Under the pieces are notes generated by a model. It saw only the letters and a program-made list of their open reading frames with translations. It was not told where the DNA came from and did no database searches. This document shows positions 63,455 to 64,000 of a stretch of DNA of 64,000 nucleotides, one piece after another. The stretch comes from Tricharina praecox (lineage: Eukaryota), in NCBI RefSeq assembly GCF_024521635.1, contig NW_026250427.1, forward strand, positions 372,001-436,000. The letters are read 5' to 3'. The position numbers were made by a program, and so were the translations under genes. Positions within the stretch are counted from its first letter, which is position 1. Each line of letters starts with the position of its first letter.

Positions 63455-64000
63455 GGTAACACTTAGGACCTATAGAGTCTAAAGTCTGGAGTTCTAAGGT
63501 CTGCTACTGTTATTCAGCTTTATGGGCGGAGGTTCTCCTGCGAGCGAGCGATTCAGCAGCCAGCTTGGAGTTTCCCCGTCATCCGCTGCGACACTGCCAA
63601 CACCCATTCCTTCTTCGCTTTTCCCCTACACAAATTATGTTCCAAGAACAGTCTCCCAAAAGTATACCACTCGAATAATAACTCCAATTCTCTCTACATA
63701 GCTTCCCCTCCAGAAATATTCCTAAGTGGACATGAACTTCAACAGCAACACCCAGGACTCATGGGGTTCTAAGGCCTTCTGCTGCTCGGTATTCAGTTTT
63801 GTGAGCAGAGGTTCTCCCGCGAGCGAGCGAGCTATGCAGCTTGGAGTTTCCCCGTCACCCGCTACGACACTACCAGCTAGCAGCACCCATTCCTTCTTCA
63901 CTATTCGCCCTGCACAAGTTATATTCCAAGAAAAGTCTCCCAAACGCGGATACGAACTCGAATAGCAACTCTCTTCGAACTTGGACCCTCACCGTAGAGA
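63455..64000 (+). repeat. Two more tandem units of the modular repeat family (probably continues past the window end)
   Basis: Reverse complements of both anchor motifs at ~63512, 63731, 63791, 63955. Confidence 0.85.

Overview
Eukaryotic DNA from a filamentous ascomycete: short GT-AG introns with CTRAC/CTAAC branch points and fungal housekeeping genes (Pezizomycotina is inferred, Pezizales is only a guess). Bases 1-26.5 kb are gene-dense: 3' part of RPN5, an F-box protein, a secreted GH81 endo-1,3-beta-glucanase, DBP5, CHS7, LSM3, a centrin/calmodulin-like EF-hand gene, cytosolic aspartyl-tRNA synthetase, a low-complexity orphan ORF and phosphopantetheine adenylyltransferase. Bases 27-54 kb are microsatellite-rich and gene-poor, with one clear Gln-rich orphan gene and a degenerate acidic gene. 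NDE1-type NADH dehydrogenase and an AzgA-type purine permease follow. The most unusual feature is four duplications in inverted orientation: a ~675-bp foldback palindrome behind RPN5, a decayed antisense copy of the DBP5 3' half, a ~1-kb inverted pair bracketing the ~20-kb gene-poor block, and a modular ~300-650-bp repeat family bracketing NDE1 and AzgA. I recognised no transposase, rRNA, tRNA or CRISPR array. All homology calls come from motif recognition, not database searches, and intron coordinates were read by eye.
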